Positions 40,739 through 53,527 of a stretch of DNA of 64,000 bases are shown piece after piece. Below the pieces are notes generated by a model. That model was not told the origin of the DNA, did no database searches, and saw only the letters and a program-made list of their open reading frames with translations. Both the position numbers and the translations under genes were made by a program. This DNA is from Guillardia theta CCMP2712. Its lineage: Eukaryota; Protista; Cryptophyta. Where the stretch lies: positions 86,531 to 150,530 of the forward strand of contig NW_005434634.1 in the NCBI RefSeq assembly GCF_000315625.1, written 5' to 3'. Numbering within the stretch: position 1 is the first letter of the stretch; the number at the start of each line of letters is the position of its first letter.

Positions 40739-41881
40739 ATGGCGGTAGCACCAGAACCAGGAAGCTCAGGCGGTGGGCAACCCTGTGGACCTCTCACTTA
40801 CAAGAAAGAGGCGCTGTACAAAACCGGATTCACACAGTTCCCAGAGGACTACCTTAGCAGGCGTGCAGAGCTTGTAGAGCACTTTTTTGAGCTCCCAGAT
40901 AAACGCAAAATTTGCTACTGGACTGATGGCGACAAAGCCAGCGGTGTGCCAATTCTTTGCTTTCACGGAGGATGTGAAGGAAAGTCCAAGTGGATGCAGA
41001 AAAAAACTATCCCAGGGGTTTTCCTGATCGCCATAGACAGGCCCAATTATGGCAGGAGCTCGCCTGTCCCTCTCACTTATGCGTTCCCAGACGTTGTCAA
41101 AGACATTGGGTTGCTTGCTGATCATCTTGGACTCGATCAGTTTGTCTGCATGGGTCATTCTGTTGGCACTTGTTGGTGCCAGCAGATTGCTGCAGCTCTG
41201 CCAAACAGGGTTCGCGGGATCATCCTCTTCGCTGCAATGACGGATCCATGCGACCCAACAGCCGACTTAGATGTGAAGCTAGCTGTGGGATACTATCCCA
41301 TGAAAGACTGTGGACCCTGCGGAAAGTGGGACTGCTGCTGTCACCCTTTCACTGGGTTGTGCGGCTGTATCCCAAGAAAAATTTTGATGAGCATGACGGG
41401 CCTTTCAATGAAGTCCATGGCATGTAAGATGGAAATGCAGTTCAAAAAGGGTGGGAAGACAGGATACGAGAAGTTCATCCAAGATCCGTTCTGGCAGGCA
41501 AGCATGGTGGACAGCTGGTGCGCTCACGAGGACGGAAAGGCAATTCTCGGGGACACAAAGCGGACGTTGTGTAACAAATGGACTTACAACACATCCGATA
41601 TCAAGTGCCCCGTCTTCATCTATCAAGGGGATGGTGACATGGACGTGCAGGTGCCTGCGACGACGAATCAGCTGCAGAAGCTCCTTCCTCACGCCAAGAT
41701 TGAAATCATCCACGACTACGGGCACATCTGCACGAATGGGCCCAACGACGAGACCGTGAGACGGGTGCTCAAGGCTGTCGCTGAAATGCCAAGGCTGGAC
41801 GCGTCAAGGGACACCCAGACATCGAAAGACACACCAGAACCCGGCGCGGCCATCACGACCGTGACCAACAACAACGCGTGA
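40739..41881 (+). CDS. Intronless alpha/beta hydrolase (380 aa)
   Basis: PILCFHGG oxyanion loop, LIAIDRPNYGRS, GHSVG nucleophile elbow, IYQGDGD (Asp), DYGH (His). Single uninterrupted ORF. Confidence 0.92.
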   Translation: MAVAPEPGSSGGGQPCGPLTYKKEALYKTGFTQFPEDYLSRRAELVEHFFELPDKRKICYWTDGDKASGVPILCFHGGCEGKSKWMQKKTIPGVFLIAIDRPNYGRSSPVPLTYAFPDVVKDIGLLADHLGLDQFVCMGHSVGTCWCQQIAAALPNRVRGIILFAAMTDPCDPTADLDVKLAVGYYPMKDCGPCGKWDCCCHPFTGLCGCIPRKILMSMTGLSMKSMACKMEMQFKKGGKTGYEKFIQDPFWQASMVDSWCAHEDGKAILGDTKRTLCNKWTYNTSDIKCPVFIYQGDGDMDVQVPATTNQLQKLLPHAKIEIIHDYGHICTNGPNDETVRRVLKAVAEMPRLDASRDTQTSKDTPEPGAAITTVTNNNA

Positions 41882-42385
41882 AAAGTTGACGGGCGGCACG
41901 TGAAAAGTTGACGGGCGGCCAGCTAGCATCATGGTCTTCCAAGCAACTTGATCTGGTCTCGGGCTCGTAGTCTGGATCTGTTGGCGCTCGGGAGGCGCGG
42001 GAGCGGAGCTCGCTGCAGCCTGCAAGATCCAGAGATCATTAGGATTAAATAACAACATCAGGGATCATGTACAGATCACAAAGGTATTTCCGTTTCACTG
42101 GTCACGTCAGGTTCGTTGAAATCAATCTACGTGGTGAAAGCATTCGACAGAAAACTAGACACAGATCATCGGACTATCCTGATTTGCCCCTCATACACTC
42201 AATCTCTCTCTGTCTCACCCTCTCCCTCCCTCCTCCCTCCCTCCCTCCCTCCCTCCCTCCCCCTCCCTCCCACTGGCACCCCACTCAAAGCTTCTGGCTG
42301 CTTGCTAGCAGCGATCTGGCGTTCTCGCGCGGGAGAGCGGCGCTGGCCCTTGGTCGGAAGCGACGTAGAGGATGCCGGTGTGCGA

Positions 42386-43201
42386 TGCCAGGCTGGGCTG
42401 GTTCATGACCGTTCGTCAGAAGTACATGACCGCTCGTCAGTAGTTCATCACCATTCGCCAGTATGAATGCTTCAATGTCCGAGGCTGTGATGGAACTAAA
42501 GAGATAACTCAAGAGATAGTTCAATTAGAGATAGTTCAATTGACTGTCCTGACTCATGCCAGTGGAGGATGAATCAAAATGTCTTTGATGAACATCATGA
42601 ATGCTTCAGAGTCCGAGGCTGTGATGGGAACTAAGGGGATAGCTCAAGAGATAGTTCAGCTTATCTTATTCTCTATCTCTCTTCATTGCACCAACTCGCC
42701 AGGCATCTTCCCTTATCTCTAAGTTTGCACATCTAACAGCCCTGCATGTCCTTCGGGTATTTTTCAGCTGAAGCATTCCAACAGCAGCATGAACCACATG
42801 CTGGATCACATAAGACTGACTCTCAGTGGATGCACTCGGCAGGTTTTCATTCTCAGCTCCAGTATTGGACTGGCAAGGGATATGATGGCATCCCTCAAAT
42901 CTGTATCTATGGGAAGGTATGCACCGCCTGAAAGCAGCTCCTGCTCTGCTCTGCTCTCTATCTTGAGTCCAACTTTCAAACTCTAGCAGCACTCAGAGAC
43001 AGGCTGACTACGTTGTTTGATCAGTGGAGGCCACTCAACGAGATCACTGCGTTCGATTACACCATCTCAGTGTGTGCTTGCTCGCTACTAACTTCGGAGG
43101 CTTTCAAGCTGTCAGGAATTGTCTTCTCTGCTCTCATATCAGCTGTGATGATCGTGGGTATCATATCCTACATGTCAAAACAATTACAATACAGAATGTA
43201 G
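42386..43201 (+). CDS. Small hypothetical protein with C-terminal transmembrane helix
   Basis: Exon-like pieces AFQQQHEPHAGSHKTDSQWMHS, QYWTGKGYDGIPQICIYG, WRPLNEITAFDYTIS, LSGIVFSALISAVMIVGIISYMSKQLQYRM*. The start is uncertain. Confidence 0.45.
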
Positions 43202-43239
43202 CTGCCTTCCATCCCGTACCGCCTGTGTCTGTCTCCTAC

Positions 43240-43760
43240 TGAACCGGGCCATCCGACCAGAGTCGAGGCTTCCCGAAGTTCCGTCACTGCATCACGACAG
43301 TCGCAGTTGACTCGGTGACACGGACAGTCTAGAGAGACTCGTATCAAGGCAGGTCAGCCCAAGTACGCTGTTCAAGGTTCTGTCACCGAATTTATGAAAG
43401 TTTATATTCAACAACAAATACAACTGCCCATTGCCAACACTCTTTAATGAAAGTTTATATTTGGCAATAAATATCCTATAAACTGCCTCCCAAAACCTTG
43501 AGATGTGATATGACCCCCACACTTGACTATTGTACGAGTGAAGATTGTAAGGTGGGTGGGTACCAAGGCAGGGTTCTCTCATTCCACCACCCCCGCTTTC
43601 CTCAGAATGACACGTGGTAGGAAGAGGGGTAGGGTATAGAACTTCGATTGAAGGGGTTGCAGGTATGAGGGGTACTTGAAAAAATGTGTGAGAACAGGGG
43701 TGGGGTGGCCGGTCGTAGGAGGCCAGAGACATGCAAGGGAACCGAAAGGTTTTGGGGAGA
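43240..43760. repeat. GGGGTA-rich degenerate repeat island
   Basis: ggggtagggt, ggggtac and gggtgggtac motifs, like the other islands. Confidence 0.5.
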
Positions 43761-44193
43761 GCCGAGAGGAGAAAGAGAAGAGAAAACAGGAATGATGAAG
43801 GATCGAAGATGACAGGAATGTAGACAGGAGGAGGAGAGAGAACTATGATAGGTCGCAGTGTATTGGAAGCTATGTGGTCCCATGATCGGATTCAGACGAG
43901 TCGGGACGAGTTTGAGATCTTGTGACGTGGAGAAAGCTGGAATACATGAGCTCTATACCATAGCTTACATAAGCGGAGGATAAAATCTTCTGATCAAAAT
44001 CATGCTGCACTAATAAGAATCCATAAAGATCCGAGGAAGCTTGCAGTATTGAAGCATTCTCGTACTTTTTTTGTGAGGACTCTGTAAGTAACACTAGAAT
44101 TGTACAGGAGGAGGAAGCGTGGACACTCTCCTGTTCCATCTCTTCTACTTTTCAGTCATCACCTGAGCAGGCATCAGCCGGTGCATCTTCACA

Positions 44194-44455
44194 ATGCATC
44201 CTCTCGTAGTTGCTATGCGGCCATGGTTAGTACTTCTTTTTGTGTTTTCCGTGTTCCGTGGCATCGAGTGCTGACGTTGCTTGCTTGGCAGGACCTTCCC
44301 TGCTGCTCTGGTTCCTGTCCTCCTCACTGTCACTCTCGTCCACAGGTGACGCTCTCATTCTCATGGTCACAAGGACGAAAGCCTCTGAATTCCTTTCAGA
44401 TCTGGAGTGGCATGGAGTCTACCAGAAATGGTGAGAGATCATTGCTTTTACCTTT

Positions 44456-44490
<35 letters not shown>

Positions 44491-45753
44491 TCTTGTCCTT
44501 GTCCTTGTCCTTGTCCTTGTCCCTATCCACAAACAACAGCACTTGTTCAAGGTTGTCCTCGTCCTTCAGCCCTCTTTCCATTCCTGTTTACCTCATCTCC
44601 CCCTTCCCTACCCCCAGCTTCTTCCTGTTGTAAATCTTTGAACAGATCAGAGCAATCTTGCTGGGGGTGATAGTTCAAGCTGCATCTAACGTGATCAACA
44701 CGGTAAGACAGGAGGCAAGAGATTCGTAAGGCGGAGGCAGGAGAGGTATTCGGACGGAAGGAGGAATTAGAGTCAAAGTGGACGAGTGAGGCACGGGAGC
44801 TGGAGTTCTGAGAAGCGCAGCCAGCTTGAAGCTGAGGGAGGGAAGGCACGTGGCAATAGATGAGCTGAGAGCAGCGCGATCACGCCATGATATATAGCCA
44901 AGGGAAAGCAGGGGAAGGGGCAGGGGCAGGGGCAGGGGCAGGGGCAGGGGCAGGGGCAGGGGCAGGGGCAGGGTAGTCATACAACGCTGACGCCTGCTCC
45001 TAGTATTGGGATTACGAGAACGGAGTGGATGGGCCCAACGTTGGATCGGGCGCGGACCCTTCAGTCGTGCTCCCCCACAAGGTCGTGCTGGTGGGCGGAG
45101 GACTGAAACCTCGTTCGGTTCTCGCGCTTGCACTGGTGCTTTACGGCTCCAGCCTCCTTGTCCTCTTGCCAAGGTTCAGCGATGGATATCGGATCCCGCT
45201 GCTCTACTTGTGCGGCACTTCTCTGTCCTACTTCTACACGGCTCCTCCGTTCAAGCTCAAGTACTTTGCGCTGGGAGATGCTGCGATCTTCATAGCGTTC
45301 GGCCCTCTCCTTGTCTACTGCACTATCCTCCTGGTGGCCCCGAAGAGTGTCGATGCCCTCTGGTGAGGATATGATGAGATGAGATGAGATGAGATGAGAT
45401 GCGATGTATGTTTTCTATTATGTCTTGACGACATTGCCCAATCACGTGATCCAACTTGTGACGAGCCAAAGTCTGGTGTAGAGTTGTGCTGAAGTCGGCT
45501 GGCAGGGGGGAAGTCTTCGGCTACACCATCCCTTGCTCTTTCATCTGCGAGTGCATCTTGCATGCAAACAACAGCAGAGACATCGGAGAAGATTCAAAGT
45601 CGATCCCTTTCCTCTCTCCTCCCCCCTCCTCACCTACTGTGCAGGGCTGGCCTGGTCACTCTGGCTACGATCCTCGGATTCAATGGGAGCAAGAGGTACT
45701 AGTAGGCAGCTGTCAACTTCCACGCTGCCAGCTGCTTCTGCTCCTCCTCCTCC

Positions 45754-45786
<33 letters not shown>

Positions 45787-45972
45787 CTACCACTACATCC
45801 ATCATCTCAGTACTTGATCACCATCTCCCCACTCTATCCTGTTCTTCTGACCTTCTCTTCAGAGTTTACGTGGGTCTCATTACTGCTGCCTACGTCACTG
45901 TGATCATCATGAGTGTGGGACAGAGACGCCTCGGAATGATGATGGTTTTGTTGTGAGTTCCTATCCCACCCC

Positions 45973-46007
<35 letters not shown>

Positions 46008-46240
46008 ATTCCCCCTCCTCCCCTCTCCCCTCTGGCTCCTCACACTTGTCCAGGTCCCTTCCTCTTGCCTTCGACGTCATCAGCCGGTTCACCCATGACA
46101 TCAACAGGATGGCAGATCTCCCCAAGAGAACGGCAAAGGTGAAGATGAAGACGAGTCTGCATGTTGCTATCCTGACACCAGATGTCCAGCTTCATATGGC
46201 CTTCGGACTTCTGCTCATTGTCGGGGTTCTGATCAATTGA
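44194..46240 (+). CDS. UbiA-family prenyltransferase, UBIAD1/MenA-like
   Basis: MHPLVVAMRPW-TFPAALVPV, SNVINT-YWDYENGVD (first Asp-rich motif), YFYTAPPFKLKYFALGD, ILHANNSRDIGEDSK-AGLVTLA (second motif), LPKRTAK-LHMAFG. Confidence 0.9.
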
Positions 46241-46565
46241 TAGCCATGCAGTCGATCTTAGCATCTCCTCCTCCCCTCCCCCCCCCACCCCACCCTACCC
46301 ACTTTTCCTTCTCCTCCGTACTTGTGCCCTCCTGCCCTGCTGCTGCTTTTAAAGATTTTTGCTCCACCCGAGTGAGAAATGCGGAAGAGATTGAGGAGGA
46401 GCGTAAGGTTTCCTTTTAGTAGCAAGACGCATCAACGGAAAACGAGAGAGACAAGGAAGGGTCGAAGGAGGAGGTGGAGGAGGTGGAGGTGGAGATGGAG
46501 GAGGGGGAAATGAAGGAGGAGAAGGAGGAGAAACTGGGGGAGGGGGAGTGGATGAATTTCCCCCC

Positions 46566-47320
46566 TCACGCCTTCTTGTCTGAGATCTTCAGCTGCTTTG
46601 CTGCACGTTTCCTCATGAAAAACTCGAGAATCTGGTAGGAAGATCAGAAGTAGATAGTGTCGGAGAGTCGAAGAATACGAGGAGGAGGGAAGAGCGGTAG
46701 AGTGTGAGGAGGAGGAAGAGAGAAGGAGGACGACGAAAAGGGAGATAGAAGAGGAGGAGGAGGAGGAGCAAGCAGCAGCAAGCAGTAGGAGGAGCAGGAG
46801 CAGGAGCAGGGTTCACATTCGGAGTGAGGACGCGGAGGAAAGGAGCGACATGGGCGTCAAAATCCTTTGCAATGATCGTCTGCAAATGATCAAGATCAGC
46901 ATCTTCCAGCATGAGGAGAGCTGCTACTGCACCTGAGACTCTTGCCGTGCGATTGCAAAGAGAGCTTTCTGCTCGTTTCTCTCACTTGCTGCTGAGCATG
47001 TACACCCCGCCTCTCACCTCGACGAACGCCTCCGTCGTCATGCCCTTCTTGGCATTCTCATCCAACTGCATGCAGGGCAAGTTGGTAATGTCGAACATGT
47101 CAGATTCTCGCTTCACCTCTCCCATCTTCTCTCCCTGGGCGTTGATGGCGTTGATGGACAGAGAAGTCTTGACGTACCTGCGCGATGTGAGCGGGAGGGT
47201 CAAAGAAAAGGTCTTTCATATTTGCAATGACACTCGTATCACATCAAAAAGTCACACACGCTGAATGAACTCGTCGTCCTCATCCTTTCCCGCTCCCGCT
47301 CCCGCCCCTTATCCCTCCCT

Positions 47321-47355
<35 letters not shown>

Positions 47356-48976
47356 CTCTCCCGTTCCTCACCCGGGGCAGATGACAGTCACTCCGATTCC
47401 TCTTGAAGACACTTCGGCACGAAGGCCATCGAAGAACCCGTGGAGAGCATGTTTGGAAGCGCTGGGCCAAGTGAGACGAACGCAAAGGGAGAGCAAGAGC
47501 GGAGAGAGGAGGGAAGAGATCAGAGGAAAAACCACGGAGAAGCGAGGTGGGAGAGAGAGTGCGAACTGGCGACAGGAGGGAGAAGGAGGGAGAGGACGAG
47601 GGAGGGAAGGGGTTCGAGGGAGGGAGGGAGGGAAGGAGGGAGGAGAGGGAGGGCGGCAGGTGTGGACGTGGCAAGTATTCTGCTCTGAAATCTCACCTGT
47701 AAGCGGTACGAGCAGGTAGAGCAATCAAGCCCTGCAAGGGTGAAAACCAGGGGAGGAGAGACGAATAGAGTAGACGACGACGACGAAGAGGCAGGTGAGT
47801 AGAGGAGGAGGAGGAGGAGGAGAAGGAGGAGGAGAAGGAGGAGGAGGAGGAGGAGGAGAGTCAATGCAGGAAGTGTACATCCAGCCTCTCATCCCACCTG
47901 CACCGAGCTGATGACGACGATCTGACCCGCCCGTCTCGCCATCATGGCGGGGAGGACGGCCTACAAGAGCGCTGAGAGGGACGCGGACAAGAAAAGTCTG
48001 AGAGACCTTGGTTAGAGCAACGGGCCCTAGGTAGTTGACGGTCATGACGTCTCGATCTAAACTCCATCTCATCTCGTCCGCAAATGATCTGGTCGATATC
48101 TACATGACACTTCAGCCACATGGTTGCGGACAGAACGGAGGGCCGGACCCCTCCATTGTTGACAAGCACGTCAATCTTCTCTTCCCCAAGGAGTTTGAAC
48201 GCTCTCTGCGTTGCCTCCTCCATCTCCTCCGGCCTGCATCAGCGTCAGCCTCTCTTGAAAGCTCCTCGTCCTCGCCTTCCTGCTCAGGTCAAGAGGAAGG
48301 ACGATCGGCTCGAACTTGCTTTCTCCCTGGCATGCGCAAGTCATCTGGAGGAGACCTCAAAGCAGACCAACAAGTTGCAGGCACGTCCTCTTCACCCTCT
48401 CAAGCTCTTCGACTCTTCTCGCGCTGATGACAACCTTTGCTCCTGCCCGATACAAAGACACGGCCTGTGGGCATCGGAGCCCGTGAGGAAGCGAGAGAGG
48501 GGAAGAGAGGGAGGGAAGGAGGGAGGAGAGGGTAGATGGGAGGGAGGCAGAGGATGGAAGACGACCTTGGGAGGTGGATTGAGAACAAGAAAGGCGCAGG
48601 AGGAAAGGGGGGGGGGGAAGAGACTCACAAGGGCCTCTCCTATCCCAGAGCTTGCTCCCGTTATCCACACTGTCTTGTTCCCAAAGTACTCAGAGAATAT
48701 TTCCGCTCGGCTCTTGACGTTGTCTTGCAGTTTCGAGGCGATGAACAAGGCAGAAATCATTCCTCCTCCCCCAAGCACACCCATCCATCCACCCCCTAGA
48801 AACGCAGCAGAGGCTGCGAGCTGCGATTGACATGCCGTGAGGATGATTTAGAGGAGGAGGAGAAGAGGAGGAGGAGGAGGAGGAGGAGGAGGGGAAGTAT
48901 AGTAGACCTGAGCGAGGAGGGAGGATAATCTCATCATGGTGAAACCTCGGAGCACCACCCTCGCGGCTCCATCCAT
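46566..48976 (-). CDS. Short-chain dehydrogenase/reductase, DHRS7/DHRS7B-like
   Basis: KTVWITGASSGIGEAL, VVISARRVEEL, IDVLVNNGG, VMTVNYLGPVALTK, YSASKHALHGFFDGLRAE (YxxxK), VTVICPG-YVKT. The start codon is uncertain. Confidence 0.9.
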
Positions 48977-49614
48977 GGCAGAGATCAGCAGGCAAGTGCC
49001 AACAACATGGGCGGCGGAGTCCGCAAGCGAGGCTGCAAGACAACGATGGAAGAGACGAGGGCGTGAGAATTTCGTCAAGCTGGGACGAGATCGTCCTCTA
49101 CAAGACAAGGGTCGCGCGAGAGCAGGGTAGGCATGCTGGAACGCACCTGGAGAAGAAGTTTAGATGACCGAGAAGAGAATGAGGAAGGGAGAGTGGGAAA
49201 GGAGGAAAGACGGAGAGAGGAGACGGAAGAGGGAGGGGAGGAGAAAGAGAGAGAGAGAGAAGTAGGAAGGGGAAAGGAGCAGGGAACATGAGCACCTGGA
49301 GACAAGAAGCTGGCGGCAGGCTGCATGAAGGCTTGACTTGTCTGTGACTGCAAGTAATCAGTTCATTTCCAATCAACTTGAGGAGTCCTGGACCAGCACA
49401 ATGATAATGGTGATGTTGGTTTTAGTGATGACGTTGGTGGTGGTGGTGATTATGATGATGACGACGACGATTACAACGAAGGTGATGGTGGTGGTGGTGA
49501 TGATGGTGATAATAACAATTGCAAGAGAGGTGTTGGAGAAACAAGGATCTCAGTATCAGTGAGATGATAAATTTCTGCATCTGCTGGTGGATGCATAGAG
49601 AGCAGCATCTGGCA

Positions 49615-50117
49615 GAGCATGGAGACAGCATGCGAAGATCCTCACAGCATGGTGACAGCATGTGAAGATCCTCACAGCATGGTGACAGCATGCGAAGATC
49701 CTCACAGCATGGTGACAGGCATGTGAAGATCCTCACAGCATGGTGACAGCATGTGAAGATCCTCACAGCATGGTGACAGCATGTGAAGATCCTCACAGCA
49801 TGGTGACAGGCATGTGAAGATCCTCACAGCATGGTGACAGCATGCGAAGATCCTCACAGCATGGTGACAGCATGCGAAGATCCTCACAGCATGGAGACAG
49901 CATGCGAAGATCCTCACAGCATGGTGACAGCATGTGAAGATCCTCACAGCATGGTGACAGCATGTGAAGATCCTCACAGCATGGTGACAGCATGTGAAGA
50001 TCCTCACAGCATGGTGACAGGCATGTGAAGATCCTCACAGCATGGTGACAGCATGTGAAGATCCTCACAGCATGGTGACAGCATGCGAAGATCCTCACAG
50101 CATGGTGACAGGCATGT
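49615..50117. repeat. 30/31-bp minisatellite, ~16 copies of CATG(T/C)GAAGATCCTCACAGCATGGTGACAG(G)
   Basis: Head-to-tail near-identical units with no spacers. Confidence 0.95.
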
Positions 50118-50349
50118 GGCATGGAGAGCAGAATGAACACTGCACGGAGCAGTGCATGAGCAGTGCATCTGCAGTGCATAGAGCAGTGTGCATAGAGACA
50201 AGATCTTTTTTATTGACTGAAAAAGAAGGACAAACCGGAGCAAGAGACAGAGAGGGCGTAGGTCATGGGCGGGGATGAGGGTGAGTAGATAGAGATGGCT
50301 GGCTGGCAGGGCTGCGGCAGGGCTGATCGACAACCGTAATGACATGATG

Positions 50350-52339
50350 ATAATGCAACAGCCTTGAAGACTGCGAGTGAGAGAAAAGAGAGGGCAGATG
50401 CGGGGAAGTTGTACGAGTACATCAGATTAGATTGTTTTCCTCTGGTAAGATACGAGCTCCTACTTGGCTCCCCCAGCTTGTGCAACTTCGCCGAAGAATC
50501 CAGGCAGAGGCCACTTGCACTGGAAGTCGCAAGCTGGCTCCGTGTTGTGGAGGCAATAGTTGTGGTGGACGTGAAGAACCTGGAGCACAGCAGTCAGATG
50601 GCAGAGGGACGGGCTGGAGTGCATCAGATCTCACGTAATGCTCTCGGATGGCTGTGGCGCAGGACATCTGTTCCTCCTCAGTCTCCCCACAGGCTGTCAG
50701 GACCTCTTCCTTCCCGAAGCACTCGCAGATAGGCTGGAACTGCTTGAAGTCGGAGGGGAAGGAACCCGGCTTGCCCTGGAAAGGTCTGACGCAGTACTCG
50801 ATCTGCTGCAAGCAAGAGGACACGATTGCTGTTCCATTTTCTCCACCACCACAAGCCTCGAAGATCTGAAGATGTCTCAGTCCAACTCATCACGTCAGTT
50901 GCGAAGTATGACCTGAGAATAGTGCTCGGATGCTCCACGGGGCTCGTTAGCCTTCTTGACAGCCTCCTGAACGAAGCCTGGCGGGAGCTGGGTGAAGAGG
51001 CTGGCCAAGCAGAAACTGCCGGCCCTGTTCGCTATATTAGCCCTCGATCCACACATGGAAGAGTCATTGCAGTGCATCTTACTTGGCATTCTTAGCTTTG
51101 GTGAGGCATTGCTCAAGGTTTGCAATCTTGTCGTCAGGGGCGTTGCCTGAGAGCCGAAGACCTTGTCAGCACAACTTCACGAGTCCTCGGAGATTTCATC
51201 ACATGAGCAGGCACAGGAGACGCAGTTCATCGGGTCAGGCATGCACATGAAGCCTTGTGGGCAAGTATCTGCAAGTAGAAACATCAGAACCCAAACTCCT
51301 TACAGGCATCTATCTCTTACTTCCGTGCAGGGAAGGCTTGGGAAGAGGATCGCACTTCACGCCGGTGTAGCTGTTGGAGCATGTAGGGGGGCCCACAGTC
51401 TCTGCAACGCTAGAAGCCTGTATGAAAAGTATGAGAATCACCAACACGCATGTGACATCAAACTATGTTCACCTCCAAGAGGATGGTGGCAGGGAAAGAA
51501 TGCATGAATTTAGCCAAGCACTTCTCAGCCAACCCTATCATGAAGAAAGAGATCAGATGCTGTCCTACATGTCCTGCACTTCTGCTCACCTACGGTAGAG
51601 GCCTCGTCGATGCACTTCTTGAGAACAGGGAGGTCGGCAACCTGCAGATGAGCCAGTAAGTAGTCGAAACTTTCACAACATCTGACCACGTGGACAACAA
51701 CATGATATAACAACGGACACGAAAGAGCTTAACAACAGGCAAGTCAAAGCATTGAAGATACAAGAGAAATTCCAACAGACGACAGAAAAGACTTACCGCC
51801 TCCTTCTGTGCATGCGCCCAAGCAAGCTCGGTGAAGATTTCCACCTTGGTGATGTTGTCCCCATTTGAAGTCTCGTTCAAGATCGCGTTTCCTTCAATGA
51901 ACTCCACAACTTGTGTGCATCCCTTGGTGGCGCACTCTTCGCATTCCGTCAACAGAGCGTCGGGAAGGCAGGCCGCGCTCATGGAGCCAAAGCTGCAGTC
52001 GTTGGCCTTGTAGGCGCTGCATTCAGCCAGGCAGCTCTGGCACATGTTGAAGTCTTGGTAGACCTCCTCTACAGGTACAACAGGGTCGTTGCAGCAGTTG
52101 GGGTTCTCAGCGAGCTGCTGGAAAGTGGCGACGTCAAGAAGAGCCTTGTGGTCAGGGCGCCTTGCTGGGTGTTTGGGAAGGAACACAGAGTTTGTGCCCA
52201 TGGCTGGTGACCACCTCTTCTGTCTGAGAAGCGATGGCTGTGGAGAAAGTCTTCCTCTACCCATGAGGACGATTAGCGAGCAGGCTAGCAAGCCTACCGC
52301 CATGGTCCCCAACGCCCCACGAAGGTTCCCGATCGCCAT
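50350..52339 (-). CDS. Hypothetical Cys-rich secreted/type II membrane protein
   Basis: MAIGNLRGALGTMAVGLLACSLIVLMG anchor. Cys-rich exons CQSCLAECSAYKANDC, DTCPQGFMCMPDPMNCVSCACSC, EYCVRPFQG...PICECF. The 3' end is uncertain. Confidence 0.6.
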
Positions 52340-52844
52340 CGTGTCTCTTCGCACTGAACCCCCCGACACCTACCGGTACCACATTCATACTCACCCCAAT
52401 AGCTCCCATATATTTTCTCTGTATTGGTGGGTGGGTGATAGTACCTACCTAATATTTTGTATCCGACCACTCAGTGGACTCATACCGTAAGCATGCTCAA
52501 TAACCCCTATTTCTGTATTGATTTAAGTGGGTGGGGGTGTATACCCTCACAATGGAAGGAATGGGAGGGTGGAGGGTAGGGGTGCTGAGTGAAATGCTCG
52601 AACCGACGCCATAGGATTGAAGGGAGGATGCAGGATGAAGGTGGTAGGAGGGAGGAGTAAGGGAGGGAGGAAGAAGGTTGAAGTAGAAGGAGGTAGACTG
52701 CAACAAGAAGTTTCAAACTTGATGATCTCAAAGAACATAACGTGAGAAGGAGGTTGGGAGTCAATGCTAAGCTCAGAGAGTAGGTGTGGGGATGTTGACG
52801 GTCATTGACAGGGCTGCCCCATCGAATCTTTCCTCACTCAGAAG

Positions 52845-53527
52845 ATGGAGAACAGGTTTCCGTTGGGATGCCAACTCATCCTGGTGTGATGTACTACATG
52901 CAGGAAACTCAGCTTGTCTTTCCTGATCGGGCTATGCGCCACATGCTCCCTCCTGCTTCTCCTTGTCCGATCAGGGTACAAGAGCACGAGGCTGGTTGAA
53001 AGCGAAGTCTTTGAGGTGATGCAGCAAGAAGAGATTGCCAGTTCCTAACAAAGCTCTTCAGGCTCCTGCATACGAGATGATCCCGGTTGAGCCGGTGGCA
53101 TTCAGAGGGCCTTCGATCTATCCTGGAAGCATGTTGTCGAATTGGAAAGTATGTGTCTTTCCTGCACCTCTGCTTCCTTCATGTCGTCCCGTTGGTCTCA
53201 CAACTCTTGCAGTGCTCCAAATATTGTGGCGTAGGGTTCAGCATCTGTCTTTCCAAGCCCCAGACGCAGTCCGTCAATGATTGCGTAGCCACCAAGAACT
53301 CCTGCTCCAAGTATCAGTGCGCTGATATGGAGGCACTTCCACGAAAGATCGAATGTTTCGAGGCAGCAAAGGACAACTACGGTGAGATTTCATTTTGCTC
53401 GTGTTTCATACTTTCTCATTTGTTTCGTGATTGCCAGATCATTGTGTTAAGTACAGTGGGCACGACGACAGCTCACGCGCGCATTGCAAGTTCCTTTATG
53501 CAGATTATGCAGCTAAATGTTAAGTAA
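52845..53527 (+). CDS. Small hypothetical Cys-rich protein
   Basis: Exon-like pieces MEN-RFPLGCQL or MYYMQETQLVFPD, EMIPVEPVAFRGPSIYPG, CSKYCGVGFSICLSK...DCVATKNSCSKYQCA. Confidence 0.4.

Noticed and set aside
49615-50117. CRISPR array
   Set aside because: The units are contiguous with no unique spacers, there are no cas genes, and the context is eukaryotic.
49100-50300. Additional minus-strand gene, or 5' extension of the SDR
   Set aside because: Some exon-like GT/AG-bounded pieces exist, but no consistent frame or motif could be established by eye.
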